Below, piece after piece: positions 45,880-55,405 of a stretch of DNA of 64,000 bases; positions within the stretch are counted from its first letter, which is position 1; each line of letters opens with the position of its first letter. The notes under the pieces were generated by a model that was not told where the DNA came from, made no database searches, and was given only the letters and a program-made list of their open reading frames with translations. Source of the DNA: a virus. A program made the position numbers and the translations under genes. The stretch is taken from IMG/VR virus record IMGVR_UViG_3300022934_000003; one strand, given 5' to 3'.

Positions 45880-46332
45880 TTATTTTATTCCTAGCTGATC
45901 TTCCGTATAAATTGCAAAATCCCATCCTCGTCCTGTGCACCAAGCTCGAGCCGCTTTCCATTTTGCTTCGTTTATTCCCCAAGTTTTAACCTCGTTTAAA
46001 TACCTTCTTGAAACCTTTCCGTTTGCAGTCTTTTTATTTCTAATATCTGGCGGTCTAGTTTGAGACTTAGGTTTGATTTCAATCATCAAAGTTCTAGGTC
46101 CTGCTGGTGTTTTCCTATGTATTACTACATCTGGAAAATACCTATGTCTTTTACCGTCAATTGGTGAGTAATATGGTATTACGTATTCCTCACTTGCCCA
46201 CCAAATAACATCAGGATGAATATCTACATGCCTAAAAAATTTAAACTCCCACATTGAGCGGTAGTATATTTTAGACGGATCACCCTTATATTTGCTAGGA
46301 TTTTTTGGACGAAATCTTCCACTATAAGCCAA
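45880..46332 (-). CDS. Head completion nuclease gp4
   Basis: P.NP.KY.GD, YRSMWE, WASEE, RYFPD, IEIKP, N.AKW.AA. Confidence 0.92.
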   Translation of the reverse strand: MAYSGRFRPKNPSKYKGDPSKIYYRSMWEFKFFRHVDIHPDVIWWASEEYVIPYYSPIDGKRHRYFPDVVIHRKTPAGPRTLMIEIKPKSQTRPPDIRNKKTANGKVSRRYLNEVKTWGINEAKWKAARAWCTGRGWDFAIYTEDQLGIK

Positions 46333-46351
46333 ATCGTTCCTCGCAATTCAA

Positions 46352-46380
46352 TATAAATAGAAATAATAATTTTATTTATA
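46352..46380. promoter_or_regulatory. Face-to-face late promoters between gp4 and gp48
   Basis: TATAAATA on + (46352-46359) and - (46373-46380). Confidence 0.75.
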
Positions 46381-46398
46381 AGAAATAAGGGCGATCAT

Positions 46399-47400
46399 AT
46401 GGCAAGAACTAAACGGGTTGAGTTTTATAGTAGACTAGCAGAAAAAGAAAATGCTGGTGCTATGTCTCATTTAAGATTTCCTGATAAGCCATTTCCACAT
46501 ACAATGTTAATGGTATTTAAAAAATATGATTTCCAACAATATAAAAGTGGTTTTGGTTTAAACGAATCTGCGTTTGATGCTGCTGATAGAGGATCTGGGA
46601 TTGGACTAAGAAGTTCTGATTCTATAGAATTGCCTTTTCCAAAACAATTAGTTGATACAAATACAATGAGACTTAATGGATATGAAAGGTCTCCAATTAC
46701 AGAAAACCTTACTTTACAATTAACAAAAGATATGGGAAAGGGAGAAGCTACTATAAATCAACTACCACAATTAATACAAGCTCAAGGTGCTTCTATTGCT
46801 GGTTTAGCTCAAAGCACAAGTGGCGGTGAAGTTATGGATTCTATAAAAGGTTTTAAGGTACAAGATGTTGCAAGTGCTGCTACATATTTAGCAAGAAAAT
46901 TAATTCCTGGCGATATTGCTAGAAGTATTAACTCAGCTACAGGACAAGTAGTTAATCCTCGTGAAACACTTGCTTTTGAAGGTGTTAACTTAAGAAATCA
47001 TCAATTTAATTGGGATTTATATCCAACTAACCAACGAGATTCAGAAAGGATTAGAGAAATAGTTGAAAAAATTAAACAAAATTCTTTACCATCTGTACAA
47101 GATTTACCAGGAATTAGAAGAGCATTCTTAAAATATCCATCAGTTGTAGATATTTACTTATTAGGTGTTAATCAAGAATATTATATGAAATTTAAAACTT
47201 CTATGGTTACTAACTTTACTGTTGATTATGGTGCAGGTGGTAATTTAGCAATTATAAAAGGTGGTAAACCAGCAGGTGTAAATATCGCATTACAATTATC
47301 AGAACTAGAAATTGAAAGTGCCCAAGATTATGGAGTAACTGCTCCTGATAAAGCAAAAACATTTGCTACAGGATATGATGGTGAAGGAGATACAGACTAA
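46399..47400 (+). CDS. Baseplate tail-tube cap gp48-like
   Basis: I.LP.P, NP...AF.GV.LR.HQF.W.L.P, L.LSELE. Confidence 0.85.
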   Translation: MARTKRVEFYSRLAEKENAGAMSHLRFPDKPFPHTMLMVFKKYDFQQYKSGFGLNESAFDAADRGSGIGLRSSDSIELPFPKQLVDTNTMRLNGYERSPITENLTLQLTKDMGKGEATINQLPQLIQAQGASIAGLAQSTSGGEVMDSIKGFKVQDVASAATYLARKLIPGDIARSINSATGQVVNPRETLAFEGVNLRNHQFNWDLYPTNQRDSERIREIVEKIKQNSLPSVQDLPGIRRAFLKYPSVVDIYLLGVNQEYYMKFKTSMVTNFTVDYGAGGNLAIIKGGKPAGVNIALQLSELEIESAQDYGVTAPDKAKTFATGYDGEGDTD

Positions 47401-47777
47401 TGACTAGATACTTTGAAGAATTTCCAACTGTAGAATACGAAGGACAACAAGTAAAAGATATTACTCGTAGAAATTCTTTAACTAACTTTGTATTAAATAA
47501 TCCTATGCTGTATATGCCTTATACAGTAAAAGAAGGTCAGCGTCCAGAAGATGTTGCAAGTTTTTATTATGGCTCAACAGATTATACATGGTTAGTTTAT
47601 ATGTCTAATAATATCATTGATCCGTATATTCAATGGCCAATGGCGACTGCAGAATTTAATGACTATTTAATTTCAAAATATGGTGAGCAATCTGGCAAAG
47701 TTGGAGAAGAAGTTGTTGAATGGGCATTTGAGCAAAACGGTGAAAACATTGTTTATTATTATAAAGTAGTAGGATAA
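47400..47777 (+). CDS. Baseplate wedge gp53, N-terminal LysM-like part
   Basis: YFEEFP, Y.V.EG.RPE.VA..YYG...W.V...N.I.DP...WP. Confidence 0.85.
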   Translation: MTRYFEEFPTVEYEGQQVKDITRRNSLTNFVLNNPMLYMPYTVKEGQRPEDVASFYYGSTDYTWLVYMSNNIIDPYIQWPMATAEFNDYLISKYGEQSGKVGEEVVEWAFEQNGENIVYYYKVVG

Positions 47778-47780
47778 AAT

Positions 47781-48038
47781 ATGGCTGTAGAAATTGTTAA
47801 ATTAGCACCAGAATCTTTTAGAACAATATATCTTCGTAAAGAAGATCGTGTTATTTTACGCACAGAACTTGGCCGTAAAATTATTGTTAAACGTATTATT
47901 CCAGACGAGTGGATTGAATGGAGAATATACGATCAAGAAATTACCGATAATGAAAATAGAAAAGAAATTTTCTTACTCGATCGAGATTATTTAAACCAAA
48001 TTAGTGACGAATTCCGCAGAAAGATAAGAAGTAGATAA
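47781..48038 (+). CDS. gp53 C-terminal part as a separate in-frame ORF
   Basis: YDQE...NE.RKEIFLL...YL..I..EF matches gp53 C-termini. Confidence 0.65.
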   Translation: MAVEIVKLAPESFRTIYLRKEDRVILRTELGRKIIVKRIIPDEWIEWRIYDQEITDNENRKEIFLLDRDYLNQISDEFRRKIRSR

Positions 48039-49426
48039 TGGCTGACACATCATTTAATCCGTCTGAAGCCGAAATAATTTCTATTAAAATTACTTCATAT
48101 GATGGATCAAAAACAGAAGATTTATCAACAAACTTTTATTATGAGTTTGGCGTAAAACAGAGCATAGATTCTCCTGCTTGGCAAGGTTATATCAAAGTTA
48201 TTGATGCTATTGGTTTTTTAGAAAAGTTTCCATTAAGAGCAGAAGAAAAAATGGAATTAAAATTAATTGCTTCTGATTTAAATACGGAAATTAATTTATA
48301 TACAAATATAATAAAAGTAACAGATATTCAACCGCTTCAAAGTAATAATGGATCATCATATACAATTCATTTTGTATCTGAAGAAACATTTAAAGGTGGT
48401 ACAAGATCAGTATCTAAAGCATATGATTTACAAACAAGTGATACTGTAAGAGAAGTATTTAATACATATTATTCTAATATTCCTACAAAAGAAAATGCAT
48501 CAACACAAGATTCAGTACATGATAGAGTATTACCGTTTGGTGCAAGAAGATATTTAATAACAGAAACACAAAAAAGAAAACAACAAAGAAATCTTTTTAT
48601 ACAAGATACTGCATCTCGTTCTAGATTAGTAATACCGCGTTTAACTCCTGCAGAAACAATGCAAATGTTAGGAGCTAGATCATATAATCCAGAAACTCCT
48701 TCTTGTACTTTTAGATTTTTTGAAACTTTAGAAAATTATTATTTTTGTACAGATGAATTCTTAGTAAAAGATATCGAAAATGATCATGTTATACAATTGT
48801 ATTACAGCCCAACGGCAAGTGTAGATCCTAAAGCACCTTTAGATCAAATTAATAGAATAGAATCATTACATATCGCTCAAAAAAGTATTGATTTAGAAAA
48901 AGATGTTTTTTCTGGCTCATACAGAAGTGAAGTAACTGAATTAGATTTTGTGAGAAAGAAAGCAAATATAAGAAATTTCAATTATGATACTGATGGTAAA
49001 TATATGGATATGAAAGGTGATATTAGAAGCCTGGATGATAATCCTCATACAGAAGAATTTCGTAATGATATATTCACAAAAGAAAATGCAAGATCATTTA
49101 TGATCTTTAAAGATTATCAATCTAGTGGTGATCTAAGTTCTAATATACATAGAAATAGATTTCTATCTGAAATAATTCAGAATAGAGTATCTTATCTTTC
49201 TCATTTAAATAATACACAAGTTGAAGTATCTTTAAAAGGTAGATTAGATATTAGACCTGGTTATATTGTAAATTTAAATATACCAGAATTATCTACTGGC
49301 ACTTTAAATAACGAAACATTATCAGGTAGATATTTAATAAAAAGTACTTCACATGTAATTAGTGAGGGTGTTTTAGAAACAAGTTTACAACTTTCTAAAT
49401 TTGATTGGAATAGAGGCGATGTTTGA
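48038..49426 (+). CDS. Baseplate hub protein (gp27-like)
   Basis: Position before gp5; FRFFET, G..V.L..P...LSGRYLI...H. Confidence 0.7.
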   Translation: MADTSFNPSEAEIISIKITSYDGSKTEDLSTNFYYEFGVKQSIDSPAWQGYIKVIDAIGFLEKFPLRAEEKMELKLIASDLNTEINLYTNIIKVTDIQPLQSNNGSSYTIHFVSEETFKGGTRSVSKAYDLQTSDTVREVFNTYYSNIPTKENASTQDSVHDRVLPFGARRYLITETQKRKQQRNLFIQDTASRSRLVIPRLTPAETMQMLGARSYNPETPSCTFRFFETLENYYFCTDEFLVKDIENDHVIQLYYSPTASVDPKAPLDQINRIESLHIAQKSIDLEKDVFSGSYRSEVTELDFVRKKANIRNFNYDTDGKYMDMKGDIRSLDDNPHTEEFRNDIFTKENARSFMIFKDYQSSGDLSSNIHRNRFLSEIIQNRVSYLSHLNNTQVEVSLKGRLDIRPGYIVNLNIPELSTGTLNNETLSGRYLIKSTSHVISEGVLETSLQLSKFDWNRGDV

Positions 49427-51545
49427 TTTTGGTGTAGGTCTTAAAGATCCGGTATTTTTTGTAGGAGTGGTCGAAAATAATATCGATCCTCGCAAAGAAG
49501 GACGCGTGCAAGTAAGAGCCTTTGGTGTGCACGGAACTAACTCTGATGTCCCTACAGATATGCTTCCTTGGGCTATTGTTGTGCAAGGTGACTATAACCC
49601 TAACAATATTCCAAAGATAAACAGCTGGGTGTTTGGTGTGTTCTTAGATAGTAGAGATGCACAACAACCAATGGTACTTGGATTAATTCCAACTCAAATG
49701 ACAGAACCATTAACACCTGATTCAATTAAAAAACAAGGATGGGGTGTAATACCAGATAGAGATAGTAAACTCTTAGCACAAGGATCTGAGCCAGAAAGTT
49801 TTGGACAACCTCAAAATTCAAGACTTGCTCGTGGTGAAAAGATTGAGGAAACAAAAGTCTTTCAACAAGAAATGGCTAGAAAGAAAAACGTTAAAGTCGG
49901 AGGTAAAGATGAAACGTGGGATGAGCCTGGCACTGCTTATAATGCTGAGTATCCCTTCAATAAAGTAATAGAAACCGGAGCGCATACTATTGAACTAGAC
50001 GACACTCCAGGTGCCGAAAGGATTATGATCCATCACGGTTCCGGTTCCTTTGTGCAAATTGATACTAGAGGTACTGTTACAGAAAAAGCAGTATCAGATA
50101 AATTTGAAGTGATGGACCGTAAACAACACGTAGTTGTTGGCGGGATGAGCACAGTAACCATTGAAGGTAATAGTTATGTTTACGTGAAAGGAAATAAAAT
50201 AGAAGAAATCGAAGGAGATTTACAAACATTAGTTCACGGTAATCATATGTTATCAGTAGGTGGACAAAGCACGATTAATGCTTCTGATCAAGCTCAAATG
50301 AGAGGAGCTGATGTTAAGATAGAAGCCAACGTAGGTACAATGGCAATTAATGCTAATAAAGAAATGCAAATCCAAGCTGGTAAGTTTGGTAATCCATATG
50401 GAGCACTTTCAATTAAGTCAGAAAAAATTCTTGTGGATGCTACAGATAAATTACATTTAAGAGGTAATACACAAGTTAATGTACAATCTGTTGCAGAAAT
50501 GAATTTCTCGGCACTTACAATTAATCAACTTTCAGCGACTTGGTCAGCACAAGCTTCATTAACAACTACAATATCTAGTGCACTTACTACAGATATTACT
50601 GGAGGCATTGATGTTGCTATTGGAGGTGGAGTACAAACAAATATTAATTCTCCAATTGTAAATATTGATAACTTTGTTAACTTAGCTGGTGGATTAGCAC
50701 GACCTGCTATACCTTCATTAGTAGCAGCTAAATTCACAATTCCGCCAATACCAAGTAAAGCATTTATTCCAACATCACCTATTCCTGAAATTGCTTGGGG
50801 AGCCGCTACAGTATTTGCACCTGAACCAGTTAATAAATCAACTGCTCTTATTACAGCAGATTTAGGTTCGATGGGTAGTACTGGTTACAATTCTATAGAT
50901 CATAAAGGTGAAACTCGTACATTATACGCAAGTAATGTGATTGCTTCTGTTTCTGCTGGAGCAGCTGCACCATTATTAGACTTTATTGGTGATTTAGAAA
51001 GTAACGGATATGATGATATTTCTGGATTAGTTTCCAAATCAAGATATCCGGCCAAGAAGCTTACTGATATGACTATTCAAGAAGTACTTGATTGGCAAGA
51101 AAGTATTGATAGTAAACAAAGCTCAGAGGCTGCTGGTCGTTATCAAATTATGGAAGATACTTTACGAGGTTATAATAATGATAATAATAATGGTCCAGGA
51201 AGACCATTATATAAGAGAGCCGGCTTAAGTGCAAGTGATAAGTTTAGTGCTGCAAACCAAGATAAATTAGCAATTGCATTATTAAAAACAAGAGGATTAG
51301 ATTCATACTTAAAAGGTAAAATTAGTAGAGAAAAATTTGCTTATAACCTAGCATGTGAATGGGCTTCATTACCATTAGTTACTGGACCTAATGCTGGTAA
51401 GAGTAGATATGATAGTAATACGAATAAATCTTTAACTAAAGTAAAAGACTTTTTACAAGTATTAGATAAAGTTAAATCTAGTTATTCTATTAAAGAAGGT
51501 ACTGCATTAGCTCAAACTATAACGCCTGGAGGTAACATCGCATGA
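49419..51545 (+). CDS. Baseplate spike gp5 with C-terminal muramidase domain (start corrected to MFDFG)
   Basis: OB fold DPRKEGRVQVR, LPWA, YPFN, ELDDTPGAERI; C-terminal LES..Y...AAGRYQI...NQD...EWASLP. Confidence 0.88.
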   Translation: MFDFGVGLKDPVFFVGVVENNIDPRKEGRVQVRAFGVHGTNSDVPTDMLPWAIVVQGDYNPNNIPKINSWVFGVFLDSRDAQQPMVLGLIPTQMTEPLTPDSIKKQGWGVIPDRDSKLLAQGSEPESFGQPQNSRLARGEKIEETKVFQQEMARKKNVKVGGKDETWDEPGTAYNAEYPFNKVIETGAHTIELDDTPGAERIMIHHGSGSFVQIDTRGTVTEKAVSDKFEVMDRKQHVVVGGMSTVTIEGNSYVYVKGNKIEEIEGDLQTLVHGNHMLSVGGQSTINASDQAQMRGADVKIEANVGTMAINANKEMQIQAGKFGNPYGALSIKSEKILVDATDKLHLRGNTQVNVQSVAEMNFSALTINQLSATWSAQASLTTTISSALTTDITGGIDVAIGGGVQTNINSPIVNIDNFVNLAGGLARPAIPSLVAAKFTIPPIPSKAFIPTSPIPEIAWGAATVFAPEPVNKSTALITADLGSMGSTGYNSIDHKGETRTLYASNVIASVSAGAAAPLLDFIGDLESNGYDDISGLVSKSRYPAKKLTDMTIQEVLDWQESIDSKQSSEAAGRYQIMEDTLRGYNNDNNNGPGRPLYKRAGLSASDKFSAANQDKLAIALLKTRGLDSYLKGKISREKFAYNLACEWASLPLVTGPNAGKSRYDSNTNKSLTKVKDFLQVLDKVKSSYSIKEGTALAQTITPGGNIA

Positions 51546-53185
51546 TTCCACATTTAGATCCTTGCTTAACTCCATCATCAGCTGCAATAAATATTAGCTC
51601 CGGAATACTAACGAATAATAACGGAGAATATACAAAAGATCAAATTGCAGTATTTGAAAAAGAATTTAAAGATTCAATTGTAAGAGAAGTAGAAACTAAT
51701 CCATTATCTAAAATGGTTAAAGAATATGGAAATGATTTTTATGACGTTCATAATTATTTAAATCAAGCTCTAAAAAATAATAAAGATAAATTAAATAATT
51801 TTGGTGCTCTTAGTGAAAGAACAGATGGCGGAAAAAGTCCAGCAATAACTCCAGCAGAAACTGCTGCAATGATGGATGATTATGGATTTACTGTTAACAC
51901 TCTTACAAAAGCAATTAATGAAAGATTTGATGGTGTATTAACTCAATTAGATGGATATTATAGAGATAGTTTTTCATCTAGTATTATGGGCGGATTTTGT
52001 GGATTATTCCAAAGCGCATTTGTATTAATTAATGGCTTCTTTAATTTAGTAGGACAAGTTCAAGGTTTAATAAGTGATGCAATATCTTTTGTAAATAAAA
52101 TTAAAAATATTGAAGATGCGGCTAAAGCATTCTTTGAGCAATTAAAAGTTAAAGCATTAATTGAAGCAATTAAAAAGAAAATTGTTGATACTGTTGAAGG
52201 TGTTATTAAGAGCGTTGTTTCCGCGATTGAGAATTTTGATATAGGTGAAGTTGTTAATGATATTGGAGTTTTTATTCAAGAAAATATTATTAATAGAGTT
52301 GAAGATATTAAAAATGGTATTGTAGAATTTTTTAGTGATGAAAATATAGAAGGTATTAAAAACAAAATCACTGGATTATTTGATTACGCAGTAGGATTAT
52401 TTGAAAATCCTTCTTTAGAAGAAATTCAATTTTTAATTTTGAGAATTTGTGGATTTGCAGCAGGTGTCGAAGGATTAATTAAAGGAACAAGAGCACCATT
52501 AGACGATTTCCAAAATAGATATAGAGAAGTTTTTAACAATTTACAAAATGCTTCTAATAGAATTGAAGGTGAATCTATTAGAGCTGGTGCAATAAGATTT
52601 TCTGAGCCAAGACGTAAAGAGGTAATAAATAATACTAAGGAAGAGTGGGCAAATATAGATCCTGATTATCAGTATCAAATAACAGAAACTACTCAAACGA
52701 CTACTGAAGATGATGGTGAAATACCAGTATCTAAATATGATGGTTTAGTAGAACAAATGAAGTCTCTTCCTAAATGGAAAGATTTGAAAAACGGAAAAGA
52801 TTCTAGATTTAAAGTAGAAGGTGATTGGGTTAAAGATCTTGGTGCTGACGGTTGGAATAGAATACTAGATAAAGTTAAACTTCAATTACAAAGTTTACAA
52901 AAATCTGCTAAAGAAGCAGGAATTACAGATCAATTAATTATTATGAGTGGCTGGAGAAGCCAAGAATATAATAAGAAGCAAGTTGAACAAGATCCTGGAA
53001 CTGGATCACACAGCTTTGGATTAGCTGTTGATGTTACTTGGGATGATTTTTATGCTCGAGCAGATAAAACGGATGAGTTTGCCGAATTGGCAAAAAAGGC
53101 AGGATTTAGAAATATAGGAATGAGAGATAAGTTTATACATCTTGGTATGGGACAAACTAATTATTGGGATGTAAGAACACAATAG
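51542..53185 (+). CDS. Virion protein with C-terminal peptidase M15 domain
   Basis: SGWRS..YN, SH..G.AVD, FIH. Confidence 0.7.
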   Translation: MIPHLDPCLTPSSAAINISSGILTNNNGEYTKDQIAVFEKEFKDSIVREVETNPLSKMVKEYGNDFYDVHNYLNQALKNNKDKLNNFGALSERTDGGKSPAITPAETAAMMDDYGFTVNTLTKAINERFDGVLTQLDGYYRDSFSSSIMGGFCGLFQSAFVLINGFFNLVGQVQGLISDAISFVNKIKNIEDAAKAFFEQLKVKALIEAIKKKIVDTVEGVIKSVVSAIENFDIGEVVNDIGVFIQENIINRVEDIKNGIVEFFSDENIEGIKNKITGLFDYAVGLFENPSLEEIQFLILRICGFAAGVEGLIKGTRAPLDDFQNRYREVFNNLQNASNRIEGESIRAGAIRFSEPRRKEVINNTKEEWANIDPDYQYQITETTQTTTEDDGEIPVSKYDGLVEQMKSLPKWKDLKNGKDSRFKVEGDWVKDLGADGWNRILDKVKLQLQSLQKSAKEAGITDQLIIMSGWRSQEYNKKQVEQDPGTGSHSFGLAVDVTWDDFYARADKTDEFAELAKKAGFRNIGMRDKFIHLGMGQTNYWDVRTQ

Positions 53186-53194
53186 GAAAAATAA

Positions 53195-53611
53195 ATGTCA
53201 CAAACTTTATTTACAGGTAATACAAAAAAGATAACAATCTATCAAGATTTTAAAAAGAATCTTGAAAAAAGTCCTGTCTCTGCAGATCTTACGGTAAATA
53301 AAGATGAAGAAGCTGTAAAAGAATCAATCAAAAATCTTATTCTTACCGATAGAGGTGAAAGATTAATGCAACCAAATTTAGGTGCAAGTATTAGAGGTTT
53401 ATTATTTGAAAATATTACTCCTGCAACTCTTAAATTAATTCAAGATAGAGTTGAAGAAACAATCAATTTATACGAACCAAGAGCAGAGCTTATTGATGTT
53501 GTCGCAGAATCAAACATCGATGACAATATAGTACGTGTTAAAATTGTATTTTACATATCTAACATTCAACAGCCTATAACAGTGGATGTATTTTTAGAGA
53601 GGACGCGATAA
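53195..53611 (+). CDS. Baseplate wedge gp25
   Basis: AVKESIKNLILT..GERL.QP..G, YEPR. Confidence 0.92.
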   Translation: MSQTLFTGNTKKITIYQDFKKNLEKSPVSADLTVNKDEEAVKESIKNLILTDRGERLMQPNLGASIRGLLFENITPATLKLIQDRVEETINLYEPRAELIDVVAESNIDDNIVRVKIVFYISNIQQPITVDVFLERTR

Positions 53612-55405
53612 ATGGCTAAACTAAATATTTCAGAATTAGATTTTGAAACGATTAAATCAAACTTTAAAACATATTTAAAAGATCAGACTCAATTTAAAGA
53701 TTATAACTTTGAAGGATCTAATATGTCTGTATTTTTGGATGTATTAGCTTATAATACATTTCAAAATAACTTTTATACCAATATGGCAGTCAATGAAATG
53801 TTCCTTGATTCAGCCGTACTAAAAAATTCTATTGTATCACATGCGAAAGAATTAAATTATCTACCGCGTTCTAGAAGATCAGCTCGTGCTGTTGTTAATG
53901 TAACTATTACAGACACAACTGTATCAGGACAAACGGTAACTATTCCTGCTTATTCAGCGTTTACAACAAGCTTTAAAGGTACAAATTATAACTTTATTAA
54001 TGCAGAAACATATATCGCTCGTAAAACTGCGCCAGGTACTTTTGTTGCAAGTAATGTAGAAATTTTTGAAGGAGAAATGCTTTCTAGTTTTGAAAGAGAA
54101 GGTTTCTTTATAGATGATGATGGTATTTTAAGAGTTATTCTTTCTAACGAAAATGCTGATACTGATTCTATCGAAGTGTTTATCGATGCTGAAGCAACAG
54201 ATAATGAAAATGTTTTCATTCGTAAAAATGATGTTTTTGGTGTAGGTCCAACAGATAAAGTATTTTATGTAGAACCATTTTATGATGGAAGATATTCTAT
54301 TTATTTTGGTAATAATATATTTGGTCTACAACCTGCTGAGTATGAAGATGTACGTGTAAGATATCGTATTACTTCTGGTCCTGAAGCAAACGGTGCATAT
54401 ACTTTTTCATTAGAAACAACATCATCAAATTCAGAAGCAACAGTTCAAACAGTTGAAGCAGCAGCCGGCGGAGCTGAAAGAGAAACTCAAGAAAGTATTA
54501 GATATTTTGCTCCAAAATCATTACAAATTCAAGAGCGTGCTGTAACAACAACAGACTATGAAATTTTATTGAAAAAGCAATTCCCAGAAATTCAAGCCAT
54601 TTCAGCTTATGGCGGTGAAGAATTAGATCCACCACAATTTGGTAAAGTTGCTATTTCAGTTTATCTTGGTGAAGGCAGAGAAGGTTTATCAAGTACATTA
54701 TCTTCTGCATATATTGAATATTTAAAAGATAAGAGTCCGTTAGCAATCGAGCCAATCTTTATCGAATCACAATTTATGTATGGTTGTACATATGTTGATG
54801 TTTATTTTGATGCAAAAGGAACTAATAAATCTGCAGCACAAATTGAAACATTAGTTAGAGACGCGGTAACTACTTATAATAAAGATAAGCTTGATAACTT
54901 TAATGTTACATTAAGACTATCTAAATTAATTTCCGCAATTGACGCAGCTGATAGTTCAATTCAATCTAATCAGGTAGAAGTAAATCCTTATGTTTTATAT
55001 TCACCTGTTGCTGGTATTGCAGAATCGCCTTCATTTAAATTCTTTGCCGAATTAAAGAAACCATATCCATTTAGAGATTCAAACTTTACTGATTATAAAC
55101 CTGCTGTTAAAAGTAGTGTATTTGAATATAATTACGTAGATGCGTATTTACAAGATGATGGTGAAGGTAATATCCAAATTGTAACATCTAATATTGTAAA
55201 CCCAGAAGTAATCGTTCCTGTTGCAGGAAGTGTAAATTATAAAACTGGTGCTATTGAATTAATTAATTTTAAAGTTACTGCATTAGAAGGATCTAGTATT
55301 AGAATTATGGTAACTACTAAGAGAGATGATATTGTTTCTCCTGCTGGTAGAATATTCTTAATTCAAGATGATGACGTAACAGTAAATATGATTGAGGCAA
55401 AGTAA
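53612..55405 (+). CDS. Baseplate wedge gp6
   Basis: LDF..IK, DYNFEGS, LDVLAYNT, Q.RAVT..DY. Confidence 0.93.
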   Translation: MAKLNISELDFETIKSNFKTYLKDQTQFKDYNFEGSNMSVFLDVLAYNTFQNNFYTNMAVNEMFLDSAVLKNSIVSHAKELNYLPRSRRSARAVVNVTITDTTVSGQTVTIPAYSAFTTSFKGTNYNFINAETYIARKTAPGTFVASNVEIFEGEMLSSFEREGFFIDDDGILRVILSNENADTDSIEVFIDAEATDNENVFIRKNDVFGVGPTDKVFYVEPFYDGRYSIYFGNNIFGLQPAEYEDVRVRYRITSGPEANGAYTFSLETTSSNSEATVQTVEAAAGGAERETQESIRYFAPKSLQIQERAVTTTDYEILLKKQFPEIQAISAYGGEELDPPQFGKVAISVYLGEGREGLSSTLSSAYIEYLKDKSPLAIEPIFIESQFMYGCTYVDVYFDAKGTNKSAAQIETLVRDAVTTYNKDKLDNFNVTLRLSKLISAIDAADSSIQSNQVEVNPYVLYSPVAGIAESPSFKFFAELKKPYPFRDSNFTDYKPAVKSSVFEYNYVDAYLQDDGEGNIQIVTSNIVNPEVIVPVAGSVNYKTGAIELINFKVTALEGSSIRIMVTTKRDDIVSPAGRIFLIQDDDVTVNMIEAK

